From positions 1-32,066 of the IMG/VR virus record IMGVR_UViG_3300024232_000054: DNA of 32,066 nucleotides, one strand, 5' to 3'. Shown here in pieces: positions 1 to 8,261 of the stretch. The notes beneath the pieces are model-generated. The model worked only from the letters and a program-made list of their open reading frames with translations. It did no database searches and was not told where the DNA came from. Each line of letters opens with the position of its first letter. Within the stretch, counting starts at the first letter, position 1. The position numbers were made by a program, and so were the translations under genes. This stretch comes from a virus. Its lineage: Duplodnaviria > Caudoviricetes.

Positions 1-330
1 ATCACCGATTATGAAGTTGTTCCTTCGACCGGGGCTCTTTACCGGATTGACGGGAGCGGCAACCGAACTGATTGGGTCACCGGCAAGGTCGTGGTTGTCT
101 ATTCGGGAGGTTACGAACTTCTGTCGGGACTGCCCTACGATATCGAGCGCGCGGTGATTACGCTTGTGAAGCAGTTTTATTTTGCAGCCGGACGCGATCC
201 GCAACTTCGATCGGACGATACGCCGGGAGTTCAAAGCTACACCTATCAGTTAGGTGTTCTGAGCGAGGGCTCGGCATATCCTCCCGAGTTCTCCAAAGCG
301 GTCGAGAAATATCGCGGCATGGTCGCCTAA
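1..330 (+). CDS. Phage head-tail connector protein (gp6-like), 5'-truncated by the window
   Basis: Frame 1 is open from base 1 (ITDYEVVPSTGALYR...). It contains the V-x-Y-x-GGY...LP-x-DIERAVI-x-LV signature of connector proteins and lies at the head of the head-tail/tail module. Confidence 0.75.
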   Translation: MTDYEVVPSTGALYRIDGSGNRTDWVTGKVVVVYSGGYELLSGLPYDIERAVITLVKQFYFAAGRDPQLRSDDTPGVQSYTYQLGVLSEGSAYPPEFSKAVEKYRGMVA

Positions 331-354
331 ACAAGTTCAAATGTGAGTAAGTCC

Positions 355-380
355 AGCCGTCCTTTGGGCGGCTTTTTATT
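355..380 (+). terminator. Rho-independent terminator/attenuator
   Basis: Stem AGCCGTCC / GGGCGGCT with a TTT loop, followed by TTTTATT, between the connector gene and the next RBS (AGGAG). Confidence 0.7.
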
Positions 381-400
381 GACCCAAAGGAGAAACTAAA

Positions 401-889
401 ATGGCCCTCTACGGCACCACTAACGTAAGTGCTACCACCCCGACGCTTAACAACGTCGCTTCCACCGTCAAGACGATGTTGCAGGCGGCGGCACAAACCA
501 CCGGTCTCCGGCGCGCCTGGATTTACGAATACAAGGTCGGCCCATCGGGCTTGCCGAATGCGACAGATTGCGAAATCGCATGGACCGTGATCAAGCAGAC
601 CACGGCTGGCACCGGCGGCGTAACGCTGACGGCGAACGCGCTGGACCAGGCCGATGCCGCGGCGGCTACCGTCTGCCTCGGCTCACTGACGGCGGAACCG
701 ACCGGCCCTGAAACCGGCATTCTCGACACCATAGGCGCCAACCAGCGCGGCACTTATCAGTGGCAGGTCAATCCATGCGGCCCCGGCGAACTGGTGATTC
801 CTGCGACCAACCTCAACGGCATCGGCATCCGGGCGAAGTCCTCGACCTACGCCTCGACCGTCAACGTCGGCATGAAATTCCGCGAGTAA
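401..889 (+). CDS. Putative virion structural protein, beta-rich, unknown function
   Basis: 162 aa, Thr/Gly/Ala-rich, strong RBS (AAGGAG), GC3-rich codon usage typical of highly expressed structural genes. Confidence 0.6.
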   Translation: MALYGTTNVSATTPTLNNVASTVKTMLQAAAQTTGLRRAWIYEYKVGPSGLPNATDCEIAWTVIKQTTAGTGGVTLTANALDQADAAAATVCLGSLTAEPTGPETGILDTIGANQRGTYQWQVNPCGPGELVIPATNLNGIGIRAKSSTYASTVNVGMKFRE

Positions 890-892
890 GAC

Positions 893-1060
893 ATGACTGA
901 GCAAGAGTATCAAAGCCTTCTGAAGCAAGCACGGCAACTTATCGAGTCTATCCGAGCGTTTCCGGCTCATGATCTGAATGCTTTTGCCGAATCCCATCAT
1001 CCCGAGGATAAGTCGTTCACATCAAAGGTGTGGGCGGCATATCTGGAGGCTGGCGAGTAA
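893..1060 (+). CDS. Small hypothetical protein (55 aa, MTEQEYQSLLKQARQ...)
   Basis: Read by eye, below the ORF-track cutoff. It fills the gap between neighbouring genes with 3-4 nt spacing. Confidence 0.5.
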   Translation: MTEQEYQSLLKQARQLIESIRAFPAHDLNAFAESHHPEDKSFTSKVWAAYLEAGE

Positions 1061-1064
1061 TCCG

Positions 1065-1271
1065 ATGCGGAGGGAACGGACGTTAGCCCAACTGAGCGCC
1101 GTGATTTTGATTAATGAAATCGAGCCGCGGGCGAAGCGCCACAATCATTATCCACCGCATCAGCTTGCTGGCCTCATCGCATTTGCCGAGCATGAGGGCG
1201 CGACGACCCGCCGCGATACGCGGCGATATCTTGACGCATATTACGAGCGACAATCATGCGAAAAGCCCTGA
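1065..1271 (+). CDS. Small hypothetical protein (68 aa)
   Basis: Internal ATG of track ORF 978..1271, with GGAGG upstream. It overlaps the next gene. Confidence 0.4.
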   Translation: MRRERTLAQLSAVILINEIEPRAKRHNHYPPHQLAGLIAFAEHEGATTRRDTRRYLDAYYERQSCEKP

Positions 1272-1525
1272 CTGGCCTTGCCACTTTGTGGGGGCCGAAC
1301 GGCGAGATTCAGGAGAAGGCCACCTTCACCTGCGCGCATTGCATGAACGTCAAGCGCGTCAAGCCGTTCTGCGATCCGGCTGACTTGGGCGGACTCTGTA
1401 AAACGTGTATGGGCGTCATTTGCGATAGGCCGGAATGCCATCTGCGCTGTGATCCATACATGAAGAAGATCGAGCGGCAGGAGAAAGCGGCGCAGGCCCT
1501 AAGATGGATGCAGGAGTGTCTATAA
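1256..1525 (+). CDS. Cys-rich putative zinc-binding protein
   Basis: CAHC...CKTC...CDRPEC...C motifs in 89 aa. Confidence 0.65.
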   Translation: MRKALTGLATLWGPNGEIQEKATFTCAHCMNVKRVKPFCDPADLGGLCKTCMGVICDRPECHLRCDPYMKKIERQEKAAQALRWMQECL

Positions 1526-1795
1526 ATGGATATCTCAAGCGCGAGAACAGGCGGCGCTACTGCCGCAGCAATCGACATTCTGACTGCAAGGATTGCTGCG
1601 CTGACGGCTGCGATAACCAATAGCTCCGTCATATCGTCTGGGAACCTGACGATCACCGATCCCGTGCTGGGAGCGCAGACAGTTGTAATCGCCCCGCTGA
1701 CCGTTTCAGAATCGGCGTCCGTCATGACCAACATGAAAACGGTCTTGCAGGCAAGGCTGGATACTTTGAACACGGCACTTGCTGGGCTGACCTGA
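1526..1795 (+). CDS. Hypothetical protein (helix-hairpin-helix composition)
   Basis: 89 aa, starts immediately after the previous stop, AGGAG upstream. Confidence 0.55.
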   Translation: MDISSARTGGATAAAIDILTARIAALTAAITNSSVISSGNLTITDPVLGAQTVVIAPLTVSESASVMTNMKTVLQARLDTLNTALAGLT

Positions 1796-1821
1796 CGAAT
1801 ATCTTCAGAAGGGTGTGAACT

Positions 1822-2346
1822 ATGCCTAGCCTTACCGTTACTTTCGACTTCGCATCCGATGCGCAGGGGTTTGCTCCCGTTCCCAATGGCCCACTTACCG
1901 TAATGTCTTACGACGCATCCGATGGCAATCCTCCGGGTTCACTCAAGAGCCGACTTGCCGGAAAGAATGCCAGCGAAAGCTCGAACGCATGGCGGCGCGA
2001 GATGACATTTGAGGAAATGGGCATTCCCGCTGGCTCAACCATTACGGGCGTTCATTCGGCGTCCCTACAGTCGAAATGCACCGAGTTCAATCATGCCGGA
2101 CGCTGCAAACGTGGTCCGGTCATCATGACAGGCGGATTTACCCAATTCAATCTGGCTAACGAGGCGTATTTTCGTGGCGTTGATGCCGATTGGGTGACAT
2201 CGACGGGAGATGATACGATATTCTCCGCGCCCTCCAGCCAAGCCTCATCAATTGCAATCTTTAATGATCTGGCAACCGGCGGTTCGAACGATGCGGCGGT
2301 GTCTCTGCTTCAGGACCAACTTACGTTTACCATCGAATATGTCTGA
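1822..2346 (+). CDS. Putative beta-sandwich/jelly-roll virion accessory protein
   Basis: 174 aa, Ser/Thr/Gly/aromatic-rich, ends in LTFTIEYV. The fold call is inference from composition. Confidence 0.5.
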   Translation: MPSLTVTFDFASDAQGFAPVPNGPLTVMSYDASDGNPPGSLKSRLAGKNASESSNAWRREMTFEEMGIPAGSTITGVHSASLQSKCTEFNHAGRCKRGPVIMTGGFTQFNLANEAYFRGVDADWVTSTGDDTIFSAPSSQASSIAIFNDLATGGSNDAAVSLLQDQLTFTIEYV

Positions 2347-2355
2347 CAATAAACC

Positions 2356-4668
2356 ATGGCCTGGAGTGATGGTGCTCGATGTCTCAACGGCAATAGCAAG
2401 GCGGCCAACCAGACATCACTGACGATAAGTAATGTCATCAATCAGGTTAATATTGGCAATGTCGCCGTTTTGGTGGTTGCCGTTGACAACAACCAGACAA
2501 CGGACGGGGACGAGGGCGCCGTAACATCGGTTACCGACAGCGGCGGCAATACTTGGACGAAGGCCGCCGAATTTTGCAACGGTCAGGGCGCGGCTCAGGC
2601 CGGAACAACTTGCTCGATCTGGTACACGTTAGCCACCGCCGCTATCACCACGTCGATCACTGCGAACTTTTCCAATTCGGCCTCGCGTGACGCTTCGGCG
2701 GCGATCTGCCACTCCTTTTCCATGGCGGCCGGCAGTACAGTCAGCGTGCAGGCGACGGCCACCCTTGCCAATGACGGAGCCGATCCCGGCTCACTTAACG
2801 TCACAACACCGAATGCTGAGTTTCTTCGGGTTCGCGGCATATCTGGCGAAACGAGCAGCACGACAGATATCACCGCAACCAGCGGATGGGGGCAATCCAC
2901 CTTCGATCAATCTGCGGGCGGCAGCGCGGTTACCAATCAGGCGGCGCGCCTTGAATACCGTATCTCAACGGGTACTGGTGACGCCAGCGATCCGACATGG
3001 ACCGCAGTTGATTGCGCATCGGTTTATGTAGCCTTCAAGGAGACGTTAGCAGGTGGTGGAGGTCCGCCAAATGGCTGGCTAGGGCAACTCAACCGAGCCC
3101 CGGCGATCGTCGCACTACCACTTGCTGCGGCTCTTACATGGTGTCCGCAGCCGATCGCTGCTCCCGCAGCAGCGGCGCCAAGCCTCGGATGGCAGGCCCC
3201 GCTATCTGTTGCACCACCTATTGTTAATGTTGCGCGGACCTTTGCGTTCGTGCCGTGGAATACGGCGCAGACGCCGCCGCCTGCTCTAAGCATCGCGTGG
3301 CAATCGGCACTATCAGTTGCGCCGCCTGTCATCCAGGTTTCGCGAAGTTTTAGTTTCGTCCCGTTCAATACCGTACAGCCTGCCGCTGTAACGATAGCTC
3401 TCGGCTGGCAGTCGCAATTCAGTAGAGCCCAGCCGCTCGCAAACGTACCATATAGCCAGCCGCAACTTGTCCCGCTGGACAATCCGGACTTTTATCTGGG
3501 CTGGCAACCGCCGCTCTCGTCCGCATCGCAAGTCGCGCGTGTACCGTCTTACAGTGCAGCATCGTTTGTTGTTCCTCCGTTCGTGGTGCCGAGCGGCTGG
3601 CAGTCACCGCTTTCCACCGCGTCACCGGCACTCGCAAGGGCACCGGCCAGTTTTTCGTTTGTCCCGTTCAATACGGCACAGGTACAGCCGGCTACGCCTA
3701 CCGGCTGGCAGTCGGCGTTATCGACCGCGCCTCCGATTGTCCGGCCTGCGCAGAACTTCGCCTATGTGCCGTTCAATACGGCTCAACCCGTCGTCGCAAC
3801 AGTCTATCTCGGCTGGCAGCCGCCCTTATCGGTCGCGCCGCCGATCGTCAAAGCGGCTCAGTCCTTTGCGTTCGTTCCGTTCAATACACCACAACTTGCG
3901 GCTCCTGTCACAAGTTATGGCTGGCAATCCGCGCTGTCGGTTGCGCCACAACGCGCGGTAACGCCCTCTCAGAGTTTTTCTTCTGTACCGTTCGCGGTAC
4001 CGCCGGTCATCAGCATCGCGTGGCAGCAACCATTGTCGGTTGCGCCAGCTCTCGGCAGGGCACCGCAGAGCTATTTCTATGTTCCGTTCAATACGGCGCA
4101 GATCGTTATCGCGCCAGTCAATCTATCGTGGCAATCGCCGCTCTCGGTTGCTCCGTCAGTCACCAAGACTCAAGCTGGTTTTTCTTCTGTACCGTTCGGC
4201 CCGACACAGGTTGCGGCGCAAGCAGTCAGCGTTGCATGGCAGCAGCCGCTTTCTGTCGCGGCACAACGCCAGCAGACATCTCGGTTATTTGCGTTTGTTC
4301 CGTGGAATACCCCACAGGTCACGCCTGCCACCACGCAGGGCTTGGGTTGGTATTCGCCACTTTCAACGGCGCCAATATCCGCTCGGTTTGCTCCATATAG
4401 CTACAGCTTTGTTCCGCTCGATACATATCAACTGGCGCCAGAGGCACCGCCACGGGAACATCATCCTGGGCGGCCAACCGTTCCCCGACCGGGCGGATTC
4501 CTTGGCCGGATGCACATCTCCATGAGCATTGGAGATGACACACACAGTCACATTGGCGACTCTACTTCGGGGTTCTTGGCAGAGCACAGGAATAACATGG
4601 GCAACAGAACTTCGCCTAGCCGTCCGCGTGGTGGTCTAAGAGGCTTCTTGAGGAAAGATCGTTCATGA
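2356..4668 (+). CDS. Large virion-associated protein: N-terminal beta-rich domain plus about 13 tandem W-Q-x-[PA]-L-S...F-V-P-F-N-T repeats
   Basis: 770 aa ORF. Residues 1-230 are a globular Thr/Ser/Ala-rich domain, then a GGGG linker, Pro-rich repeats and a basic tail. Confidence 0.7.
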   Translation: MAWSDGARCLNGNSKAANQTSLTISNVINQVNIGNVAVLVVAVDNNQTTDGDEGAVTSVTDSGGNTWTKAAEFCNGQGAAQAGTTCSIWYTLATAAITTSITANFSNSASRDASAAICHSFSMAAGSTVSVQATATLANDGADPGSLNVTTPNAEFLRVRGISGETSSTTDITATSGWGQSTFDQSAGGSAVTNQAARLEYRISTGTGDASDPTWTAVDCASVYVAFKETLAGGGGPPNGWLGQLNRAPAIVALPLAAALTWCPQPIAAPAAAAPSLGWQAPLSVAPPIVNVARTFAFVPWNTAQTPPPALSIAWQSALSVAPPVIQVSRSFSFVPFNTVQPAAVTIALGWQSQFSRAQPLANVPYSQPQLVPLDNPDFYLGWQPPLSSASQVARVPSYSAASFVVPPFVVPSGWQSPLSTASPALARAPASFSFVPFNTAQVQPATPTGWQSALSTAPPIVRPAQNFAYVPFNTAQPVVATVYLGWQPPLSVAPPIVKAAQSFAFVPFNTPQLAAPVTSYGWQSALSVAPQRAVTPSQSFSSVPFAVPPVISIAWQQPLSVAPALGRAPQSYFYVPFNTAQIVIAPVNLSWQSPLSVAPSVTKTQAGFSSVPFGPTQVAAQAVSVAWQQPLSVAAQRQQTSRLFAFVPWNTPQVTPATTQGLGWYSPLSTAPISARFAPYSYSFVPLDTYQLAPEAPPREHHPGRPTVPRPGGFLGRMHISMSIGDDTHSHIGDSTSGFLAEHRNNMGNRTSPSRPRGGLRGFLRKDRS
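3070..4440 (+). repeat. Degenerate coding tandem repeat, about 32-37 aa (about 100-110 nt) per unit, 12 clear plus 1 degenerate copy
   Basis: Recurrent ggctggcag/tggcaatcg...ctatcggttgcgcc and gttccgttcaatac DNA motifs, matching GWQSPLSVAPP...FSFVPFNTAQ in the protein. Confidence 0.9.
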
Positions 4669-5099
4669 GCGGAATTTTCAGCCTTGGCGACGAGGCCATT
4701 ACTATTGCGGTAACGAACTCCGTCATCACTGATGGCGTTTCGTCGCAAGGAATAGCACAGCCGTTCATCGACGGGCTCGATTGGATGGCGGCCGTTACGT
4801 TGCAGGCGAATTTTACCTGGGGCTCTGGCGGGACAAATCTCAAAGTCGATATAGAGACTTCGCTCGATCAAGGATTGTCATGGGTTCCTATTGCCCGCTT
4901 TGCATTCCTGCAAGCGAGCGCCGAAAAGCTGTTCAACCTGTCTGGCCTGACGCCCAAAACAACGGTGGTTGTTCCGGCAACCCTATCAGACGATACGGTA
5001 ATTGACGGCATTCTAGGTGACAGGCTCCGCGCTAGGATAACAAGTACGGGGACGTATGCAGGTAATACAAGCGTGTCCGTCAGGGCTGCCGTTCGCTGA
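4665..5099 (+). CDS. Putative virion structural protein (small jelly-roll type)
   Basis: 144 aa, ATGA overlap with the upstream gene, motifs ETSLDQGLSW and GDRLRARITSTGTY. Confidence 0.6.
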   Translation: MSGIFSLGDEAITIAVTNSVITDGVSSQGIAQPFIDGLDWMAAVTLQANFTWGSGGTNLKVDIETSLDQGLSWVPIARFAFLQASAEKLFNLSGLTPKTTVVVPATLSDDTVIDGILGDRLRARITSTGTYAGNTSVSVRAAVR

Positions 5100-5443
5100 T
5101 GAGTACCGCCGCAGCAGTCAAGGCGTCCTACGCCAGCAAGTTGAAGGAAACGATAGGCATCCGGCGCTTTACAGGAGCTGGGCCAAATCGACCTCGCTTC
5201 GATATCTATATCCGAGGTAATTCAACCATCTATCAAGCTCAGGAATTTGTCGGCGCAGTCATGCAAGGCGACCGCCGCGTATTTGTTCTGGTTGAAGATA
5301 TCATCAAAAATCAAATGACGCTGCCCCTGACGACCACGGATAAGACAATCGTCAGCGGCAAGGAATTGTCGATCTTGAGCATTACCGAACGCTCTGCGCT
5401 GGATGGGACGCTTGTCGCATACGAGCTTCAGTGTCGAGGCTAA
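5099..5443 (+). CDS. Head-closure / head-tail joining protein
   Basis: 114 aa, G-x-V-x-QGDRRV and C-terminal YELQCRG signature, directly before the tail terminator. Confidence 0.7.
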   Translation: MSTAAAVKASYASKLKETIGIRRFTGAGPNRPRFDIYIRGNSTIYQAQEFVGAVMQGDRRVFVLVEDIIKNQMTLPLTTTDKTIVSGKELSILSITERSALDGTLVAYELQCRG

Positions 5444-5446
5444 TGA

Positions 5447-5899
5447 ATGACAACGGCAAGCACGGCGCACGCGCTCATCAAGGCGCGGATAGAGGCGAAC
5501 AAACCTGCTTCCGTTGTTTCCCTGCGCTGGCAGAATGAGGACGGCGACCCACTTCCCTCAGAACCTGCGCCGTTTCTATATACCGAACTGGACCCCGATA
5601 AGCAGTTCCTTGCTGGTTTTGGTGGTGGGCTCGGCTCCAATCTTTGGCGTAATCCTGCGCGGATTGCTTGCTTTGTATTTGTACCGCGCGGCTGGGGGCT
5701 TCAGACAGCCACAGACTTGGCGGAAACCATAGCGGCGCTATTCCGCGGCTATAGAACCACCGACCTGCAATGCTTTGACGCCAGTGTTTACACGCTCGGC
5801 ACTGGTTCAGGCATCAGACCGCCGGGCGTTGATTCAGAAGCTGACAACTATTTCGCGGCTTGCGCAGAAATCGCACTCTTCTACGACCAAATCGGCTGA
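5447..5899 (+). CDS. Tail terminator / tail completion protein
   Basis: 150 aa with W-x-NE and VFVP-x-G-x-G...A-x-LAE-x-IAALFR motifs, immediately upstream of the tail tube. Confidence 0.75.
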   Translation: MTTASTAHALIKARIEANKPASVVSLRWQNEDGDPLPSEPAPFLYTELDPDKQFLAGFGGGLGSNLWRNPARIACFVFVPRGWGLQTATDLAETIAALFRGYRTTDLQCFDASVYTLGTGSGIRPPGVDSEADNYFAACAEIALFYDQIG

Positions 5900-5955
5900 C
5901 CGCCGCAACTACGCCCCGCAGTGATTGCGGCGCATCCCACTGATGGAGAATCTAC

Positions 5956-7218
5956 ATGTCGCTCGCGGAAGGCGTATCTGGCAGCCTGCGCTATAAGGTC
6001 TATAGCACTGGCGTAATCACCGCAAACACGCAGCCTGTCTCAACGGTCGATCCTGCCATAACGGGCGGGCAAATCCTAAGGCGTGTATCTAGTACGCTGA
6101 AGCTCGCAAAGGACACCTATCAGTCCGGCGAAGTGCGCTCTGATCGGCAAATTGCTGACTTTCGCCACGGCGTTAAGCGGGTAATCGGCGGCATCAATGG
6201 TGAATTCAGTCCGGCAACTTACTTCGATTTTATTGAAGCGGCTTGTCGCGCGACGAAAACTTCCACGATCACGCAGACGCAAGCAACACTAACATCGGTA
6301 GCATTTGATAACACGCTCGGAACGATCACCTTTGCCGCAGGCACTCCGGTAACGGCTGGGCTTCGCACGGGAGACATCCTTCGCTTTACCGGATTGACGG
6401 TTGGCGGCGGTTTAAACAATGCGACCAACTTCCTAGTGACCGCTTTTAGCGGTGCGAGCAATCGCGTTCTAACTGTTTACCCGAAGCCGACGACGGCGAC
6501 CGCAGATACCACGTTCAGCGTTACGAGCAACGGAACGACCGGCAAAGCCGTGTTCATGCCGACAACCACATTTGTAAGCCGCAAGTTCGGCATCGAAGTG
6601 AATAACGCCGACGTGGATATTTCGCGGCTGTTCACGGAATGCCGCGTTGGTGGATTTGGGATCAAGCTACCGGCCACCGGCATGGCCACCATCGATATTC
6701 CGATGATGGGCCGCGATATGGAGATTTACACCGGGGCGTCCGCGCCGTTCTTCACCTCGCCAACCGCAGCTACCAGCACCGGCATTTTCGCGGCCGTAAA
6801 TGGACTGCTGATGGTTGCCGGGACAGCCGTTGGTGTCGTCACTGGCCTCGATATCACGATGAACCTCAACCCGAGTTCTGATGCGGTTGTTGGTCAGAAT
6901 TTCGTGCCTGAGATTTTCTTAGGCCGAGCCAATATAACCGGCACTGCCACGGCATTCTTTCAGGACTCAACCCTGATTGCGGACTTCAAGAACGAAACCG
7001 AAGTTTCGATCCTCGTCTATCTGACGACGACCAGCGCGGTTAACTCGCCTGCCGTTAGCATCTATTTGCCACGCCTGAAGTTCGGCGACGGCAATGTGTC
7101 GGATGCGGGCGAGGGAGGGCAAAGCGTGTCGTTGCCATTTCAATGTTTGTTGGCCCCAGGAACTACGGCAGGGGATGAAAATACTTCGATTAGAATTTGC
7201 GACACTGAGGCCACATAG
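5956..7218 (+). CDS. Major tail tube protein (Phage_tube_2-like) with an inserted beta domain
   Basis: 420 aa, S-x-EVRSDRQ-x-ADFRHG...GGINGEFS and GRANITGTATAFF motifs, RBS GGAG. Confidence 0.88.
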   Translation: MSLAEGVSGSLRYKVYSTGVITANTQPVSTVDPAITGGQILRRVSSTLKLAKDTYQSGEVRSDRQIADFRHGVKRVIGGINGEFSPATYFDFIEAACRATKTSTITQTQATLTSVAFDNTLGTITFAAGTPVTAGLRTGDILRFTGLTVGGGLNNATNFLVTAFSGASNRVLTVYPKPTTATADTTFSVTSNGTTGKAVFMPTTTFVSRKFGIEVNNADVDISRLFTECRVGGFGIKLPATGMATIDIPMMGRDMEIYTGASAPFFTSPTAATSTGIFAAVNGLLMVAGTAVGVVTGLDITMNLNPSSDAVVGQNFVPEIFLGRANITGTATAFFQDSTLIADFKNETEVSILVYLTTTSAVNSPAVSIYLPRLKFGDGNVSDAGEGGQSVSLPFQCLLAPGTTAGDENTSIRICDTEAT

Positions 7219-7230
7219 TATATGTTAAGC

Positions 7231-7296
7231 GGGCTGATTTGGTGCTTCGAACCACCAGACCAGCCCTAACCACTAGACCGCGTGGAGCGCGATCAA
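7231..7296 (+). promoter_or_regulatory. Structured 5' leader of the endonuclease gene, two hairpins, the second enclosing the SD
   Basis: GGGCTGaTTTGGTG-cttcgaac-CACCAGAcCAGCCC, then GAcCGCG-tGGAG-CGCGaTC just before ATG 7297. Confidence 0.55.
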
Positions 7297-8148
7297 ATGG
7301 CTGCCGAGACTCTAGCCGCCTGCATGGCGGCAATCAAAGTAAATCCCGCAAGATTTTACGTTTACATCCTATCCAGACCTGATGGGACGCCGTTCTATGT
7401 GGGCAAAGGTCAGGCCGAACGTATAATCGAACATGAAAGAGAGGCGCGTCTAGGTCGGCGAGGACACAAGATTTCCATCATCCGCAAGATTTGGAATGGC
7501 GGAGGGGAAGTTCTGTATCGAATAGACGGGCATTTCTCTGAAGAACAAGATGCGTTTGCTGCCGAAAAGCGCATCATAGCGGCAATAGGCCGTATTAAAA
7601 ATGGCGGACCGTTAGTAAATCAGACTGACGGCGGAGATGGCGTGTCAGGCTTTAGTCAAGTTATTACGCCAGAGATGCGTGCAAAAATTAGTGCTTCTCT
7701 AACGGGGAAAAAGAAAAGCCCAGAGCACGTTGCCAAGGTCGCTGCAAAACGGCGCGGCTGTACTCATGACGAAGCTTCACGGGCAAGAATATCTGCGGGA
7801 GTTCGGCGCCCGGAAGCTATGGCGAAAATTGTAGCCTTTAGAGCAGTCTTCCGTCATTCCGACGCAACTAAAGTAAAAATTGGTCTGCTCAAAACTGGCA
7901 TCAGGGCATCGCCTGAAACACGATCTAAGATGTCTGCCTCCCAGCGCGGGAAGATTATGTCTCAAGAGGCAAGAGAAAAAATCCGCGCTGCGGCCTTCGC
8001 ACGTCCTCCCATGAGCGAAGAAACAAAGGCCAAGATTAGAGCCGCAAGGGCTCGTCAGGCTCCCATGAGTGATGAAGGCCGCGCTAAATGCGCCGCTACC
8101 GCAAGAGAAATGCAGGCGCGTCGTCGCGCAGCAAAAGCCCAACCCTAA
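7297..8148 (+). CDS. Free-standing GIY-YIG homing endonuclease with NUMOD3-type repeats
   Basis: FYVYIL...PFYVGKG...R...H...E...L-x-N-x-TDGGDG catalytic domain, followed by repeated (H/M)S-x-E-T-R-A-K-(I/M)S motifs. More AT-rich than its neighbours. ATG 7297 is preferred over GTG 7282 because of SD spacing. Confidence 0.9.
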   Translation: MAAETLAACMAAIKVNPARFYVYILSRPDGTPFYVGKGQAERIIEHEREARLGRRGHKISIIRKIWNGGGEVLYRIDGHFSEEQDAFAAEKRIIAAIGRIKNGGPLVNQTDGGDGVSGFSQVITPEMRAKISASLTGKKKSPEHVAKVAAKRRGCTHDEASRARISAGVRRPEAMAKIVAFRAVFRHSDATKVKIGLLKTGIRASPETRSKMSASQRGKIMSQEAREKIRAAAFARPPMSEETKAKIRAARARQAPMSDEGRAKCAATAREMQARRRAAKAQP

Positions 8149-8261
8149 TCCCTGCCGTCACAGGGACACTCGCTGGCACGCAGTGATGCGCCCGGCGGCT
8201 ATGTAGCCCGGACGGCCATGCTGGCGGCGTGGCCGTCCACCCTTCCGCCAAAGGAAAACAA

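Noticed and set aside
3070-4440. Periodic DNA repeats as a CRISPR array or DGR template/variable repeats
   Set aside because: Units are degenerate, in frame and conserved at protein level. There are no identical direct repeats with spacers, no adenine-specific variation, and no cas or reverse transcriptase gene in the window.
7219-8261. GIY-YIG gene as part of a group I intron
   Set aside because: The tube gene ends with a normal stop before it and the chaperone starts intact after it. The flanks (about 80 and 110 nt) are too short and show no recognisable intron core.
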